From positions 1 to 41,454 of IMG/VR virus record IMGVR_UViG_3300017648_000200: DNA of 41,454 bases; one strand, 5' to 3'. Within the stretch, counting starts at the first letter, position 1. Each line of letters starts with the position of its first letter. A program made the translations under genes and the position numbers. Of the stretch, positions 17,552 through 26,630 are shown one piece after another. A model generated the notes under the pieces. The model was not told the DNA's origin. It did not search any database and was given only the letters and a program-made list of their open reading frames with translations. This stretch comes from a virus (lineage: Duplodnaviria; Caudoviricetes).

Positions 17552-17979
17552 TAATTCACTTCAATTTCACTACATTTTGCAACAGTTATTGACGGCGTGT
17601 TTTTTCCATCGTCCTGTCCCTCTATAAAGCCGAAACTGTAGTAATATTGAAATCTATTAGTTGTGAAATCAAATATCGCGCCATATCCAAGACCGCCACA
17701 AATAATACGGGTTGAGAGTTCTCCTCCCGTGGAAGCTCTCTCACAAGTGAATAAATTACTATTATCTCCAATAAGTTTGATGGAATAATTTCGGTTATCT
17801 TTAGATGTGATTATATACTTTTCATCATTGACTCTGAATGACGTTCCGATCCACTTACCGTTATTTAACGCAACCCCACCGGACGCTTCAGAAATACATA
17901 AATATGAATCCGCATTTGACTCCAGCACGAATAAGACTGAGATGACGCAGGTTGTTAAAATGGATAATTGTAGGCGCAT
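17551..17979 (-). CDS. Secreted/periplasmic hypothetical protein
   Basis: Signal peptide ending SNA; four Cys in the mature part; AT-rich; TAATG-coupled to the nuclease-like gene. Confidence 0.7.
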   Translation of the reverse strand: MRLQLSILTTCVISVLFVLESNADSYLCISEASGGVALNNGKWIGTSFRVNDEKYIITSKDNRNYSIKLIGDNSNLFTCERASTGGELSTRIICGGLGYGAIFDFTTNRFQYYYSFGFIEGQDDGKNTPSITVAKCSEIEVN

Positions 17980-18074
17980 ACTTCCCCCGATAATGCTAGC
18001 ACATGTAGAGATACAGCCGAACGCTGATAGTTTACAACTTAATTTGTTAGTCCCGATTTTTTAAGAATTCGAAG

Positions 18075-18108
18075 TAGAATCTTGCAGAACCGTCCTGCAC
18101 CATCATCT
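18075..18108 (+). promoter_or_regulatory. TAGAATCTTGCA promoter motif, copy 3
   Basis: Exact 12-mer 18075-18086 upstream of the prohead protease. Confidence 0.7.
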
Positions 18109-18133
18109 CAGATAACAATTTCTGGGACGATGA

Positions 18134-19261
18134 ATGCCGAAGAATCTTCAGCAAATTCAAGGACAACTGCGCACACGAGCTTTTGCTCGCGTGCCAGCAT
18201 CCGTTGATGTCGAGAAAAAATCTTTTGGCATCGTCATCAGCACAGAGACGCCTGTTCGCACCTCAATCAGAAATACGGATCAGCCAAAGCTCGATGCCGA
18301 TGACGCATATATAGAAGTCGATGAAATCCTGCTCGCCAGCGGTCTCGATTTCAGCCGTACGGTCGGCATGCCTCTGGTTGATTGCCACGATACTTTTTCT
18401 GGCGTCAACACGATCCTCGGGAAAGTCGATGATGTTAGAAGTATCGGCACCGAAGTCCACGGAACGGCCGTCCTGAACTCGCGTAATGCTGATCTTATCG
18501 GCGATATTGTTGACGGCCATTACAACCAAATTTCTGCTGGCTATGGCGTAAACAACTATGAAATCGAGCACCGAGACGGCGACGTGCCGCTCGCATATGC
18601 AACGAGCTGGACGCTGTATGAGGCATCGCTTGTAGCTGTGGGAGCTGATCCAAATGCATCAGTTCGGTCAGCAGGTCGAACAATTCCGACACCCACATTT
18701 TCCTTCCGGAACAAGCCGAAGAAGACGGCCTCGAAAGCCAAAAATTTCACCAGAACCAAACAAAAATTGGAGAAGAGAACCATGGATGAAACTGAACTTG
18801 TAGAACTCGTGGATGCTGCAGAAGCAGCCGCCGAAATCGTTGACGAAGCTGTAGCTGCCGTCGAAGCCGCCATCGAAGAGCTAGGAGACAGTGTTCCCGA
18901 TGAGATCGTAGAACGCGCTCGCAAGCTTAGAAAAGCACGCGCTGAGGACGAAGAAGAGCCTTCTGATGAAGAGCGCAAGCGCGGTAAGCGTGACGGCGAT
19001 GCCGAGGACGAAAAGAAAGAGGAAGAAGAAATCCGTTCTATCCGTTCTATCGCCAAGTCCTATGGCTTGACCAAAGCAGTTGATGACCTCGTTGCACTCG
19101 GCACTCGCTCGAAAGAGTTGAAGGCTTCCATTCGCTCGGCAATCATGTCGAAAGCAGTTGGTTCGTCTGGATCTCGCTCTGACATCGAGCCGCGTCCTGC
19201 ACGCAAAGAAGTCAAGCTTACAAGCGCTCGCGATATCTACGCAAAGCTGAATAAGCGCTAA
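18134..19261 (+). CDS. Prohead protease (HK97/S78 type) with C-terminal scaffold domain
   Basis: PLVDCHD, ISAGY, EASLVAVGADPNA; acidic helical C-terminal half. Confidence 0.88.
   Translation: MPKNLQQIQGQLRTRAFARVPASVDVEKKSFGIVISTETPVRTSIRNTDQPKLDADDAYIEVDEILLASGLDFSRTVGMPLVDCHDTFSGVNTILGKVDDVRSIGTEVHGTAVLNSRNADLIGDIVDGHYNQISAGYGVNNYEIEHRDGDVPLAYATSWTLYEASLVAVGADPNASVRSAGRTIPTPTFSFRNKPKKTASKAKNFTRTKQKLEKRTMDETELVELVDAAEAAAEIVDEAVAAVEAAIEELGDSVPDEIVERARKLRKARAEDEEEPSDEERKRGKRDGDAEDEKKEEEEIRSIRSIAKSYGLTKAVDDLVALGTRSKELKASIRSAIMSKAVGSSGSRSDIEPRPARKEVKLTSARDIYAKLNKR
18782..19261 (+). CDS. Putative nested scaffold protein (internal in-frame start)
   Basis: TTGGAGAAGAGAACC-ATG begins MDETELVEL at the domain boundary; analogous to lambda C/Nu3. 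Confidence 0.55.
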   Translation: MDETELVELVDAAEAAAEIVDEAVAAVEAAIEELGDSVPDEIVERARKLRKARAEDEEEPSDEERKRGKRDGDAEDEKKEEEEIRSIRSIAKSYGLTKAVDDLVALGTRSKELKASIRSAIMSKAVGSSGSRSDIEPRPARKEVKLTSARDIYAKLNKR

Positions 19262-19295
19262 GCCATTATAACGAAACCATTTTTGGAGATTTTAA

Positions 19296-19685
19296 ATGAC
19301 CAGATTTTATAAACAGCGTCCCGATCTAGCTTTCCTTCTGATGTCAGCGAGCGGTGACCGTTCTTTTGAACAGATTGATGTCGCGGCTTCTACGACTCCG
19401 TATGAATCCGGCACCATCCTTACACTCGGCGATGACGGCATCTACGCTGCTCTCACTGCCGCTGATCTTGTGCCATCTGAAGAAGACACCGAGGTTGCTC
19501 TTTCGCTTGCGATACTGGGAAGCCGAACCGTTTTTCATGCCGACGACGAGCTGACCGAAGCACCAGCTCTTGCAGTCATTCGTGATGCCACGATCAAGGG
19601 ATTTGAACTGGAGCTACCAGCTGGTGTCACCATCGACGTGCTTGCACCGTACTTGGAAAAGCAGGGTCTGATCATTCGCTCGTAA
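19296..19685 (+). CDS. Head decoration protein (gpD-like)
   Basis: 129 aa just before the capsid gene; YESGTIL, AIL, AVIRDATI. Confidence 0.75.
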   Translation: MTRFYKQRPDLAFLLMSASGDRSFEQIDVAASTTPYESGTILTLGDDGIYAALTAADLVPSEEDTEVALSLAILGSRTVFHADDELTEAPALAVIRDATIKGFELELPAGVTIDVLAPYLEKQGLIIRS

Positions 19686-19723
19686 GCAGAACAAAACATA
19701 AACAAAATTATTTGGAGAAGCAA

Positions 19724-20725
19724 ATGGAACTCAATAATATTCTCAACAGCGGCAACGAGTTGTTCTCGAAAGTGGCTCTTACAGATCACGTGATCACCCA
19801 GCCATATGTGCCGGATCTGGTCAGCAAGTGGCTCCCTTGGAACAGTGAAGGCGTTCACCTTCCAACAGTCGCTATCGACTTCACTGATGGCACTTTAGAC
19901 ATGATCCCTGAAGCCGTTCGCGGTGCACCAGGTGATGCTCCAGAACGCGATACCGACAGTTCTGTACTGGTAAAGATCCCGCACTATCCGCAGCAGGACA
20001 CACTGCTTGCAACCCAGTTTGAAGGCATCCGTGCAGCTGGTAGCGAGCTTTTGGTGACTGTTGAAACTGAGCGCAACAAGCTGCTCTCGCGCTTCAACAA
20101 GCGCAATCGCCTGATGTGGGAAGTGTCCCGTATCGGTGCTGTAACGGGCAAGCTCCTTGGTTCAAAGGGTCAAGTGATCAAGAACTGGAACAAGGAATTT
20201 TCGGCTGCTCAGACAAAGGTGCAGATCGACTTAGCATCTGCAAACACGAAGCTCCGCACTGAACTTGTGAAAGCGAAGGATAAGGGTGAAGACAACCTCG
20301 GAGAATTTACAGCTGACCGTTGGATTCTAATCTGCGGTAAAGAAGCTTTCCCATTGATCACTGATCATCCGAACTTTGAAAAAATGTTCGAGCGCTACAA
20401 CGATGGAGCGATGCTTCGCGATGATCTGAGCGACGGCTTCCAGATCGCCAGCAACATCACTGCGGTGAAGTACACCCGTAACAAAATCGGTGGACAGACC
20501 ATCTTCGGCGATAGCGACATGTACCTCGTGCCCGTAGTGGACGGAATGTTCCAGACCCGCTTCGGCCCAGGCACTGGTATGGGCGACCTCGGAGTTATCG
20601 GGTTACCTGAATACGTATCTCCGTACGACCTGCCGCACGATGAAGGCGTTGAGCTAAAGGCTCAGACGAACGTCATCTCTTGGGTTCAGCGTCTTCAAGC
20701 AATCGTCAAGATCGAAGCCAAGTAA
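19724..20725 (+). CDS. Major capsid protein (lambda gpE family)
   Basis: FSKVALTDHV..PYVP, KIPHYPQQD, GIRAAG, FQTRFGP, GLPEY, GVELKAQTN; ATG 19724 after GGAG. Confidence 0.92.
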   Translation: MELNNILNSGNELFSKVALTDHVITQPYVPDLVSKWLPWNSEGVHLPTVAIDFTDGTLDMIPEAVRGAPGDAPERDTDSSVLVKIPHYPQQDTLLATQFEGIRAAGSELLVTVETERNKLLSRFNKRNRLMWEVSRIGAVTGKLLGSKGQVIKNWNKEFSAAQTKVQIDLASANTKLRTELVKAKDKGEDNLGEFTADRWILICGKEAFPLITDHPNFEKMFERYNDGAMLRDDLSDGFQIASNITAVKYTRNKIGGQTIFGDSDMYLVPVVDGMFQTRFGPGTGMGDLGVIGLPEYVSPYDLPHDEGVELKAQTNVISWVQRLQAIVKIEAK

Positions 20726-20732
20726 CAACTTC

Positions 20733-20797
20733 CCCGCGCTTTCTCCTCCTAGCGCGGGCATCAGGCCGGGGATGGATGGCTCCTTTTCATCCTCGGC
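20733..20797 (+). ncRNA. Twin hairpins with CTCCT loops in the capsid 3' region (cuckoo-like RNA or terminator/stabiliser)
   Basis: CCCGCGCT-TTCTCCTCCT-AGCGCGGG and GCCGGGGATG...GCTCCTT...CATCCTCGGC. Confidence 0.45.
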
Positions 20798-20840
20798 TTC
20801 GCCATTTTCGGAGCCACGATACTTTTTAGGAGATTTTTAG

Positions 20841-21230
20841 ATGACGATACCGATAGTAAAGACAGCTATTGCGCCGAACGGCGGCATGCCTGCTCATCCA
20901 GCGCCTAATGCTAAATATTTCAAATATACGCATTCGAGCGGCGATACTGTCATGCCGAACACCCAGAAAATTACGGTTATGACGGATATCGTTAACTCTT
21001 CACCAGTGTCGATGAACACCTCGCTGATCCAAATTTTCACGCCTGAGGATGTTCTGTTCTTGGCCAACCTAGATTGGCAGCTTCCGCAGGAACAATTGAA
21101 CAACTACATCACCTGGAACGGCATGCCGCTGCGCGCTGGCGGATACTATAGTTTTAGCGTTGATCCCGGTACCATGTTGTTCTTCAAGTCCGTAACCACC
21201 GACACCGAAATCACTGTGCTGGAGGGCTAA
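20841..21230 (+). CDS. Hypothetical beta-rich virion-associated protein
   Basis: SD AGGAG; follows the capsid gene. Confidence 0.7.
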   Translation: MTIPIVKTAIAPNGGMPAHPAPNAKYFKYTHSSGDTVMPNTQKITVMTDIVNSSPVSMNTSLIQIFTPEDVLFLANLDWQLPQEQLNNYITWNGMPLRAGGYYSFSVDPGTMLFFKSVTTDTEITVLEG

Positions 21231-21233
21231 GCG

Positions 21234-21866
21234 ATGATGAATCCTATTTTCCCATCCAGCTCAGGCGGCGGTGATCCCGCGTTGGAAAGCCGTGTTGAAG
21301 CGCTGGAATTCAATATCGATGCTCTTCAGAATGCAAATTCAGCATTAGTCACCGTGGATAGATCAGGTTTTCGAAGCGATGCAAATTTCGGTTCGGCTCC
21401 GAGTTTGCTATATCCAGATGCAAATATTTACAGCGACCTCGGTGTATTTCCGGGTCAGTACGAGTTTCTGATTAATGATTCCACGGTGTCCGTAGAAGTT
21501 GCGGAGACAGATACCCTCTATGATGTGCTATCAAAAATTACCGATGCCGGATATGCGGTTAGCGTTTATTTCTCTGCCACGCTTTTCGGAGGACAAGTGC
21601 GCGTCGAAGTATCTGACGGAAACACTATAAAGTTTCCTTGGAGCACATCACCGACAGATCTCTTTCGTGTATTGGGATTAGCAAACTATCAGTTTATTTC
21701 TACCCCTTATCAGACTCCCTATAGCGTTGATTCCATTAATGTTTATGGTCTTTCTGGTACAATAGACGACCAGATTTTTACTATAAAGAATGACCTCACA
21801 ATATTATCGGCAGCTATATCTTCTCTCGCTCAAGAGATCCGCGATCTTAAAAACGGGGGTGTCTGA
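21234..21866 (+). CDS. Putative fibre/appendage protein (coiled coils + flagellar-hook-like domain)
   Basis: LESRVEALE heptads; VSVEVAETDTLYDVLSKITDAG. Confidence 0.55.
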   Translation: MMNPIFPSSSGGGDPALESRVEALEFNIDALQNANSALVTVDRSGFRSDANFGSAPSLLYPDANIYSDLGVFPGQYEFLINDSTVSVEVAETDTLYDVLSKITDAGYAVSVYFSATLFGGQVRVEVSDGNTIKFPWSTSPTDLFRVLGLANYQFISTPYQTPYSVDSINVYGLSGTIDDQIFTIKNDLTILSAAISSLAQEIRDLKNGGV

Positions 21867-22843
21867 TGCTCACTCCAATCTTACCACGCGGCTCAGGTGG
21901 AGGCTCCCTCACACCTGAAGATTTCCCAGAAGCCGACGTTGTCACCGGTGTCGACCTCGTTCTACTCGCTATAGAAAACGAGTTCGCATCTGCTCCCGTC
22001 AACAAACTTCTTCAGCCTGTAACCGACCGCCTGGACGCTCTCGAAGGCGATGGCGGCGGCGAGGAAGAAGTCGACGGTGTCATCCAGAAAAACAAGGTTT
22101 TTTCGTACACAGGCCGCATAATCGGTGATGTTGGAGCAATCGAGCTATCTCGAACAATGGAAAGCCTTGGGCTTGCCTCACCAACAAATTTTGCTTTTTC
22201 GCTTACGAATGTCAGCGGCGGCATATCGGTGCCAGTGCAAACCATCGACACGGTTGAAACAGTTTTCGCAAACGTTCGCTCGGCGCTCGCGTCCAAGGGC
22301 GCAAGCACATATATGAACATTGGTTTATATGCAGGCAGCACTCTCATCGAAGTACTTCCCGCTAACCGCACCATATCTTTTTCATCTTCAAATCTCGTTG
22401 CCCAAGCTCTTGGAATTGCAGGAAAAAATGCAAAATCTTACACGAAATCCGAGCCGCTTTCTGTAAACGGACAGCTCGTAAGTAGCGGCAACGGATACAG
22501 CTCTGTAGCTAACGACTTGCCTGAATTATTTCAGAAAACGGCGGCTCTGGAACGTGCGAGCGGGCGCGTAGTTTCAGTTGAAAATACCGTACTTTCTTTG
22601 CAGTCGACGGTGTCAGAACAGTCGACAACCATCTCAAGTTTACAGTCGAATCTTTCAGATGTAACAGCCAGACTTACAGCAGCAGAAACAACTATTTCAG
22701 ATCAAGCGGCTACGATTGTAAATATTATAAGCAGGTTAGATGTACTTGAAGGTCAAGTTATAGAGAGCGGAACACCAAGATATTCATCGTCGTCCGCATT
22801 TATAACGCAAGGTTTGACCTCGGCATCGCCAGAAATTGAATGA
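21866..22843 (+). CDS. Putative fibre protein, paralogue of the upstream gene, long coiled coil
   Basis: Shared PIxPxxSGGG N-terminus and central domain; heptads RVVSVE...RLDVLEG. Confidence 0.6.
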   Translation: MLTPILPRGSGGGSLTPEDFPEADVVTGVDLVLLAIENEFASAPVNKLLQPVTDRLDALEGDGGGEEEVDGVIQKNKVFSYTGRIIGDVGAIELSRTMESLGLASPTNFAFSLTNVSGGISVPVQTIDTVETVFANVRSALASKGASTYMNIGLYAGSTLIEVLPANRTISFSSSNLVAQALGIAGKNAKSYTKSEPLSVNGQLVSSGNGYSSVANDLPELFQKTAALERASGRVVSVENTVLSLQSTVSEQSTTISSLQSNLSDVTARLTAAETTISDQAATIVNIISRLDVLEGQVIESGTPRYSSSSAFITQGLTSASPEIE

Positions 22844-22859
22844 CCAGGAGTTTTTTATA

Positions 22860-24227
22860 ATGACTATTCAAAATATTAATATTGGAAGTGGACCAAATTC
22901 TGTTGACGCCGAGAGCACTCGTGAAGGCTTTGCAAAAGTGAATGCGAACTTTGCTTCTGTCGATAACCGCATTCAAAAGCTGGAAAGACTAACGCATCCG
23001 TTCGGGTCTTACGAAGACCCAGGTTTGCCGCCGTTTCCAGCATTTACATATGCAAGTAAAGATTGGGGAAAATATACGTCTGTTGCACGACATCATGAAA
23101 CTGAAAATCTGACGTCGTTGACTATGTCAAATACCGCAAAAATTGTTGCCATGTCGGCAACTAGATTTATGCTTGTATCTAAATCTTCCACAATTTTAAC
23201 GATAAAAATATTTGAGTTGTCTGCTGGTATTTTATCGCGCGCTGCACAAACAAGTGTCACAGTTTTGTCTGGCGCTCAAGTGCTTGGAATCGCTGTTGTT
23301 TCCGAAGATTTTGCGAAAATATCATTGCAAAACGGAAGTTCAATAGGAGCGCTCACACAAAATTTTGTTGAAGTTTATTATGCAACCGGAAGTGTAAATG
23401 CAACATTAATAGCAGCTACAGCACCCATTGCTTTTTCCGGCCAAGGTTCTGTTTATCCGTCAAACAATTCTCGTGCTCCGCTTCTCGCATCGACATCAGC
23501 TATGTCTATATATATCGCCGCGAGTTCTTCGAATCCGGTAGACATTTCTGGCCTCTGGATTCAACGTTTTTCGACGGGTCAAAGTCAAAATTCGCATCTC
23601 GAAACAAGCCTTGCGATGTCGGCTGAAAATAGAGTTTCACCGTCCTATGATTACCTCGGCGGCGAAAAATACATCGTCGCATCCGCAGGTGCAGTCCTCG
23701 GAGATCATACTGCACGACTTACAATAAGTGTCTTATCAGCAAACGATAACGCAACAAAATTGCTCGGAAACACCAGTTTCATGGGTAGTTCACCTGACGG
23801 CGGTGTGTCTGTATTCGCACTTTCGCCTGCGCTCGCGATAATTTCATGGTCGTCTTCTGGTATTCAAAAAGCGATATCGGTGGCTATCGACAGCTCTGGT
23901 CAACCGATGATCCTCGGAGCCGCATCATCAGCTGGCGCGCTTGGAAGCGCTATAACTTCAGGCACACCGTATGATCAAACTTCGCTTGTAGCAGGCTCGT
24001 GGCCAGTCGATACCGATCCTGGGAAACTTGTAAAGCTCGATGTCGATACTGACACAGGTGTGATTTCAGAAGCTAATCATATTGCATATTCGCTGAGCTG
24101 GGCGGCGGCCAGAGGAAAATGGCTCGACATGATACGCTTAAGTGCCGACCGCGTGCTTGTAGCTATCCAGCCCACGGTTACGCCGTTCGGTGTAGCTTTA
24201 GATATCATCGATCTGGATGTCGCATAA
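22860..24227 (+). CDS. Putative receptor-binding/fibre protein
   Basis: N-terminal IQNINIGSGPNS.DAESTREGFAKVNANF virion-attachment motif; Ser/Ala-rich beta body; ATG 22860 after AGGAG. Confidence 0.65.
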   Translation: MTIQNINIGSGPNSVDAESTREGFAKVNANFASVDNRIQKLERLTHPFGSYEDPGLPPFPAFTYASKDWGKYTSVARHHETENLTSLTMSNTAKIVAMSATRFMLVSKSSTILTIKIFELSAGILSRAAQTSVTVLSGAQVLGIAVVSEDFAKISLQNGSSIGALTQNFVEVYYATGSVNATLIAATAPIAFSGQGSVYPSNNSRAPLLASTSAMSIYIAASSSNPVDISGLWIQRFSTGQSQNSHLETSLAMSAENRVSPSYDYLGGEKYIVASAGAVLGDHTARLTISVLSANDNATKLLGNTSFMGSSPDGGVSVFALSPALAIISWSSSGIQKAISVAIDSSGQPMILGAASSAGALGSAITSGTPYDQTSLVAGSWPVDTDPGKLVKLDVDTDTGVISEANHIAYSLSWAAARGKWLDMIRLSADRVLVAIQPTVTPFGVALDIIDLDVA

Positions 24228-24592
24228 TGAGCAAACATCCCGCTTTCCGCACCCTTGCACGCACAGCTAACTGCATCTTCAGAGAACGCGGTAACCATTA
24301 TTGGCATCAGCACGATGCAGATATTGCGCAGCCGATTCAGCTGATTTTTAATGATGCTTATGCGCCCATCGATGCGGCCGGAGTGCAAGTAGAAGAAGCT
24401 CGGCCAACGGCTTTCGTACTCATAGAAGATGCGAAAAGGCTGGCTCCGGAGCGTGCGAATGGATCGCTGGATTTGTTGTTTTCTAATCGCGACGAACTGG
24501 AAATCAACGGTCGTAAATACGAAGTAGAATCTTGCAAAAGCGACGGTTACGCTCAGCTAGAGATAAAATTAATTGCTGAGAAAATTCGCTGA
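24227..24592 (+). CDS. Head-tail joining protein (gpFII-like)
   Basis: DELEINGRKYEV..KSDG; TAATG coupling supports start 24227. Confidence 0.7.
   Translation: MSKHPAFRTLARTANCIFRERGNHYWHQHDADIAQPIQLIFNDAYAPIDAAGVQVEEARPTAFVLIEDAKRLAPERANGSLDLLFSNRDELEINGRKYEVESCKSDGYAQLEIKLIAEKIR
24525..24558 (+). promoter_or_regulatory. TAGAATCTTGCA promoter motif, copy 4 (inside the connector CDS)
   Basis: CGAAGTAGAATCTTGCA is identical over 17 bp to copy 3; ends 55 bp before the tail terminator gene. Confidence 0.6.
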
Positions 24593-25053
24593 TGACGCAT
24601 GTGAAGACGCAGATACGAAATGGAGTTATTGAAGTGCTTAAGGCGCTTCCTGACTTCGCGTCTGCTCATTCTGCAAGTCGTATGCTTAGACAATTTCAGA
24701 GAACAGATTTTCCATTAGCAATCGTCTCGGTTGCTGAAAACGTCGCTGTTTCTGGCTCTAACGGAACACCGGGACATCGACAACTTCAGCGTGACATGCA
24801 GATTTCCGTAACTGTCGGCATACATGAAGAAACTTCTGACGCAGAAGACACACTTGATGAGCTGTCTGTGCTAGTTGAGAAGACGCTTGCTAAGCCTTCG
24901 GCTATCGGCGTCGGGAAGCTCCTTTTCTGGAGATACTCCGGCAGTGCGGAGCCGACAGGACAGCCGACCGAAGACGGCTTGATGCTTATTCAGACACTCA
25001 ATTTTTCATGTTCTGTAAGAACTACAGATACCGATCCAACAACCATTGTTTAA
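24592..25053 (+). CDS. Tail terminator (gpU-like)
   Basis: HVKTQIR..VIEVL, FPLAIV, EDTLDEL..VE; precedes the tube gene. Confidence 0.7.
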   Translation: MTHVKTQIRNGVIEVLKALPDFASAHSASRMLRQFQRTDFPLAIVSVAENVAVSGSNGTPGHRQLQRDMQISVTVGIHEETSDAEDTLDELSVLVEKTLAKPSAIGVGKLLFWRYSGSAEPTGQPTEDGLMLIQTLNFSCSVRTTDTDPTTIV

Positions 25054-25069
25054 TTTTTTGGAGAACGAA

Positions 25070-25846
25070 ATGGCAACATTAGCATTACAGCCGATTTTAG
25101 ATAAGCAGCGCGTCAGTGGCGGTCAGCTCATATTTCGCAAAAAGGGTACTGACAAATATGTGAACCTGGGCGCATTAGCGTCTATGGAATTCACGCCGAA
25201 CTTGACCGAAATCGAGTCATACACGCAGGAATTCGGCGACCGTCGTCTGATCAAGAAATACGTGACGACAAAGGACGGTCAGATCAGCTTCACTTGCGAA
25301 AGCTGGACGGATATCGGATATGAAATCCTGTTCATGGCAAATAGACGTCTGCTTACTCAGGCAGCAGTAACAAATGGAACTTTTACGATTCCAGATGCCA
25401 AAGTCGGCGATGCGATTAAGATTCCTGGCTTTAAACCTGTTGTAACTGGTGTTTCTGACGGCGACGCGAATGATCTAATTGAAGATGTGCACTACACCGT
25501 TCATCGTGCTGGATATTTACAGATAGTCGCACTTCCTGAAGGATTCACAGGCGATTTAATAGGCGAGTATACACAGCCAGCTATCACAGAATCTGAGGGT
25601 CTTCTCGACCTAGATCTGATGTCGACTGCGGGTGTGCGAGGCGAACTCGTGTTTATCGGTGTCACCTCGGAATCCGGCGACGGCGAAGAGTTTGAGCAGA
25701 CGTACAACGACGTCGAACTTCGTCCGAGCGGTGCGGTGCCAGCGTTTGGAACCGAGCAGCTGAACCAGTTCACGGTTCAGGGTTCCGTCTACGCGACGTC
25801 GAACAAGAATTCGTACGGTACCATCCGTTCAATTCCAAAAGCCTAA
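25070..25846 (+). CDS. Major tail tube protein
   Basis: GQLIF, YVNLG, VELRPSG; position before chaperones and tape measure; ATG 25070 after GGAG. Confidence 0.8.
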   Translation: MATLALQPILDKQRVSGGQLIFRKKGTDKYVNLGALASMEFTPNLTEIESYTQEFGDRRLIKKYVTTKDGQISFTCESWTDIGYEILFMANRRLLTQAAVTNGTFTIPDAKVGDAIKIPGFKPVVTGVSDGDANDLIEDVHYTVHRAGYLQIVALPEGFTGDLIGEYTQPAITESEGLLDLDLMSTAGVRGELVFIGVTSESGDGEEFEQTYNDVELRPSGAVPAFGTEQLNQFTVQGSVYATSNKNSYGTIRSIPKA

Positions 25847-25856
25847 AACATTGAAA

Positions 25857-25883
25857 AGACGGCAGTTAATTAGACTACCGTCT
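25857..25883 (+). terminator. Hairpin after the tube gene
   Basis: AGACGGCAGT-TAATTAG-ACTACCGTCT. Confidence 0.5.
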
Positions 25884-25923
25884 AATATTAATAATTCATT
25901 AAATATTACAAGGAGTTATACTA

Positions 25924-26379
25924 GTGAATGCAATAGTAAAGCAAGAAGTAAAGTCAATCGATGATTTGTTGACAGCAGTAGATCATTCCTATCAAGAAGT
26001 TGAAATACTAGGAATGACTACGAGACTTCGCCCTGTCACCATTTTGGAATGCCTTCGGCTTATTAAAAGATTTCCAAAACTCATCGATCTTTTCGAGCCA
26101 AAACTCGACAAAGATGGCAATCTTCTGCCCGAGGAGCTTCAGCCATCACTAATATCCGTGTTTATGGATTCTGGCATCGAAGCCGCCGCCGCATTCATTG
26201 CATGTGCTGCAGGAAAAGAAGGCGATCTCGCTTTTGAGACGCTGATCACTCAGAAGCCAGACGATCTGACGCTAGCGCTTTTCTCTTCATCCGTGAAAGT
26301 GACCTTAGGTGAAGGATCACTCGAAGATTTTTTTATGAAAGTCACAGCGGCGCTTCAAGCAATCTTTCCCAAAAAATGA
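25924..26379 (+). CDS. Tail assembly chaperone (gpG-like)
   Basis: Between tube and tape measure genes; GTG after AAGGAG; slippery T7 run near the end. Confidence 0.75.
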   Translation: MNAIVKQEVKSIDDLLTAVDHSYQEVEILGMTTRLRPVTILECLRLIKRFPKLIDLFEPKLDKDGNLLPEELQPSLISVFMDSGIEAAAAFIACAAGKEGDLAFETLITQKPDDLTLALFSSSVKVTLGEGSLEDFFMKVTAALQAIFPKK

Positions 26380-26630
26380 CGTTTCCGCGTCCTCGGCGCA
26401 AGGGCGGTCTGAATCTTACAGGGGTGTTTGTGGGTCTCGTGAAAGACGCCATCAGCTACGAGAATCAGACCGGAAATTCGGGCTTAAATCTTTCACCGCG
26501 CGCGTTGATAATGAGAATGAAAGTTCTCCGAGGCGACGAAAAACGCAAGCAGATTCAAATGGCTGAAGCGTTTTTGGTAGCACAAAGTGGAGATAAAAAA
26601 GTTTGGGAAGAGTTTGTAAGGAATGTCTAA
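26376..26630 (+). CDS. Tail chaperone extension (gpT-like), probably reached by a -1 frameshift
   Basis: The -1 frame is open from T TTT TTT (26328-26334) into this ORF. Confidence 0.65.
   Translation: MTFPRPRRKGGLNLTGVFVGLVKDAISYENQTGNSGLNLSPRALIMRMKVLRGDEKRKQIQMAEAFLVAQSGDKKVWEEFVRNV

Noticed and set aside
19688-19702. LexA box before the capsid gene (GAAC-N7-AAAC)
   Set aside because: Mismatch in a core half site and no clear promoter
26368-26379. CCCAAAAAA as the frameshift site
   Set aside because: In the reading frame it is C AAA AAA, which is non-canonical; the upstream T TTT TTT fits better
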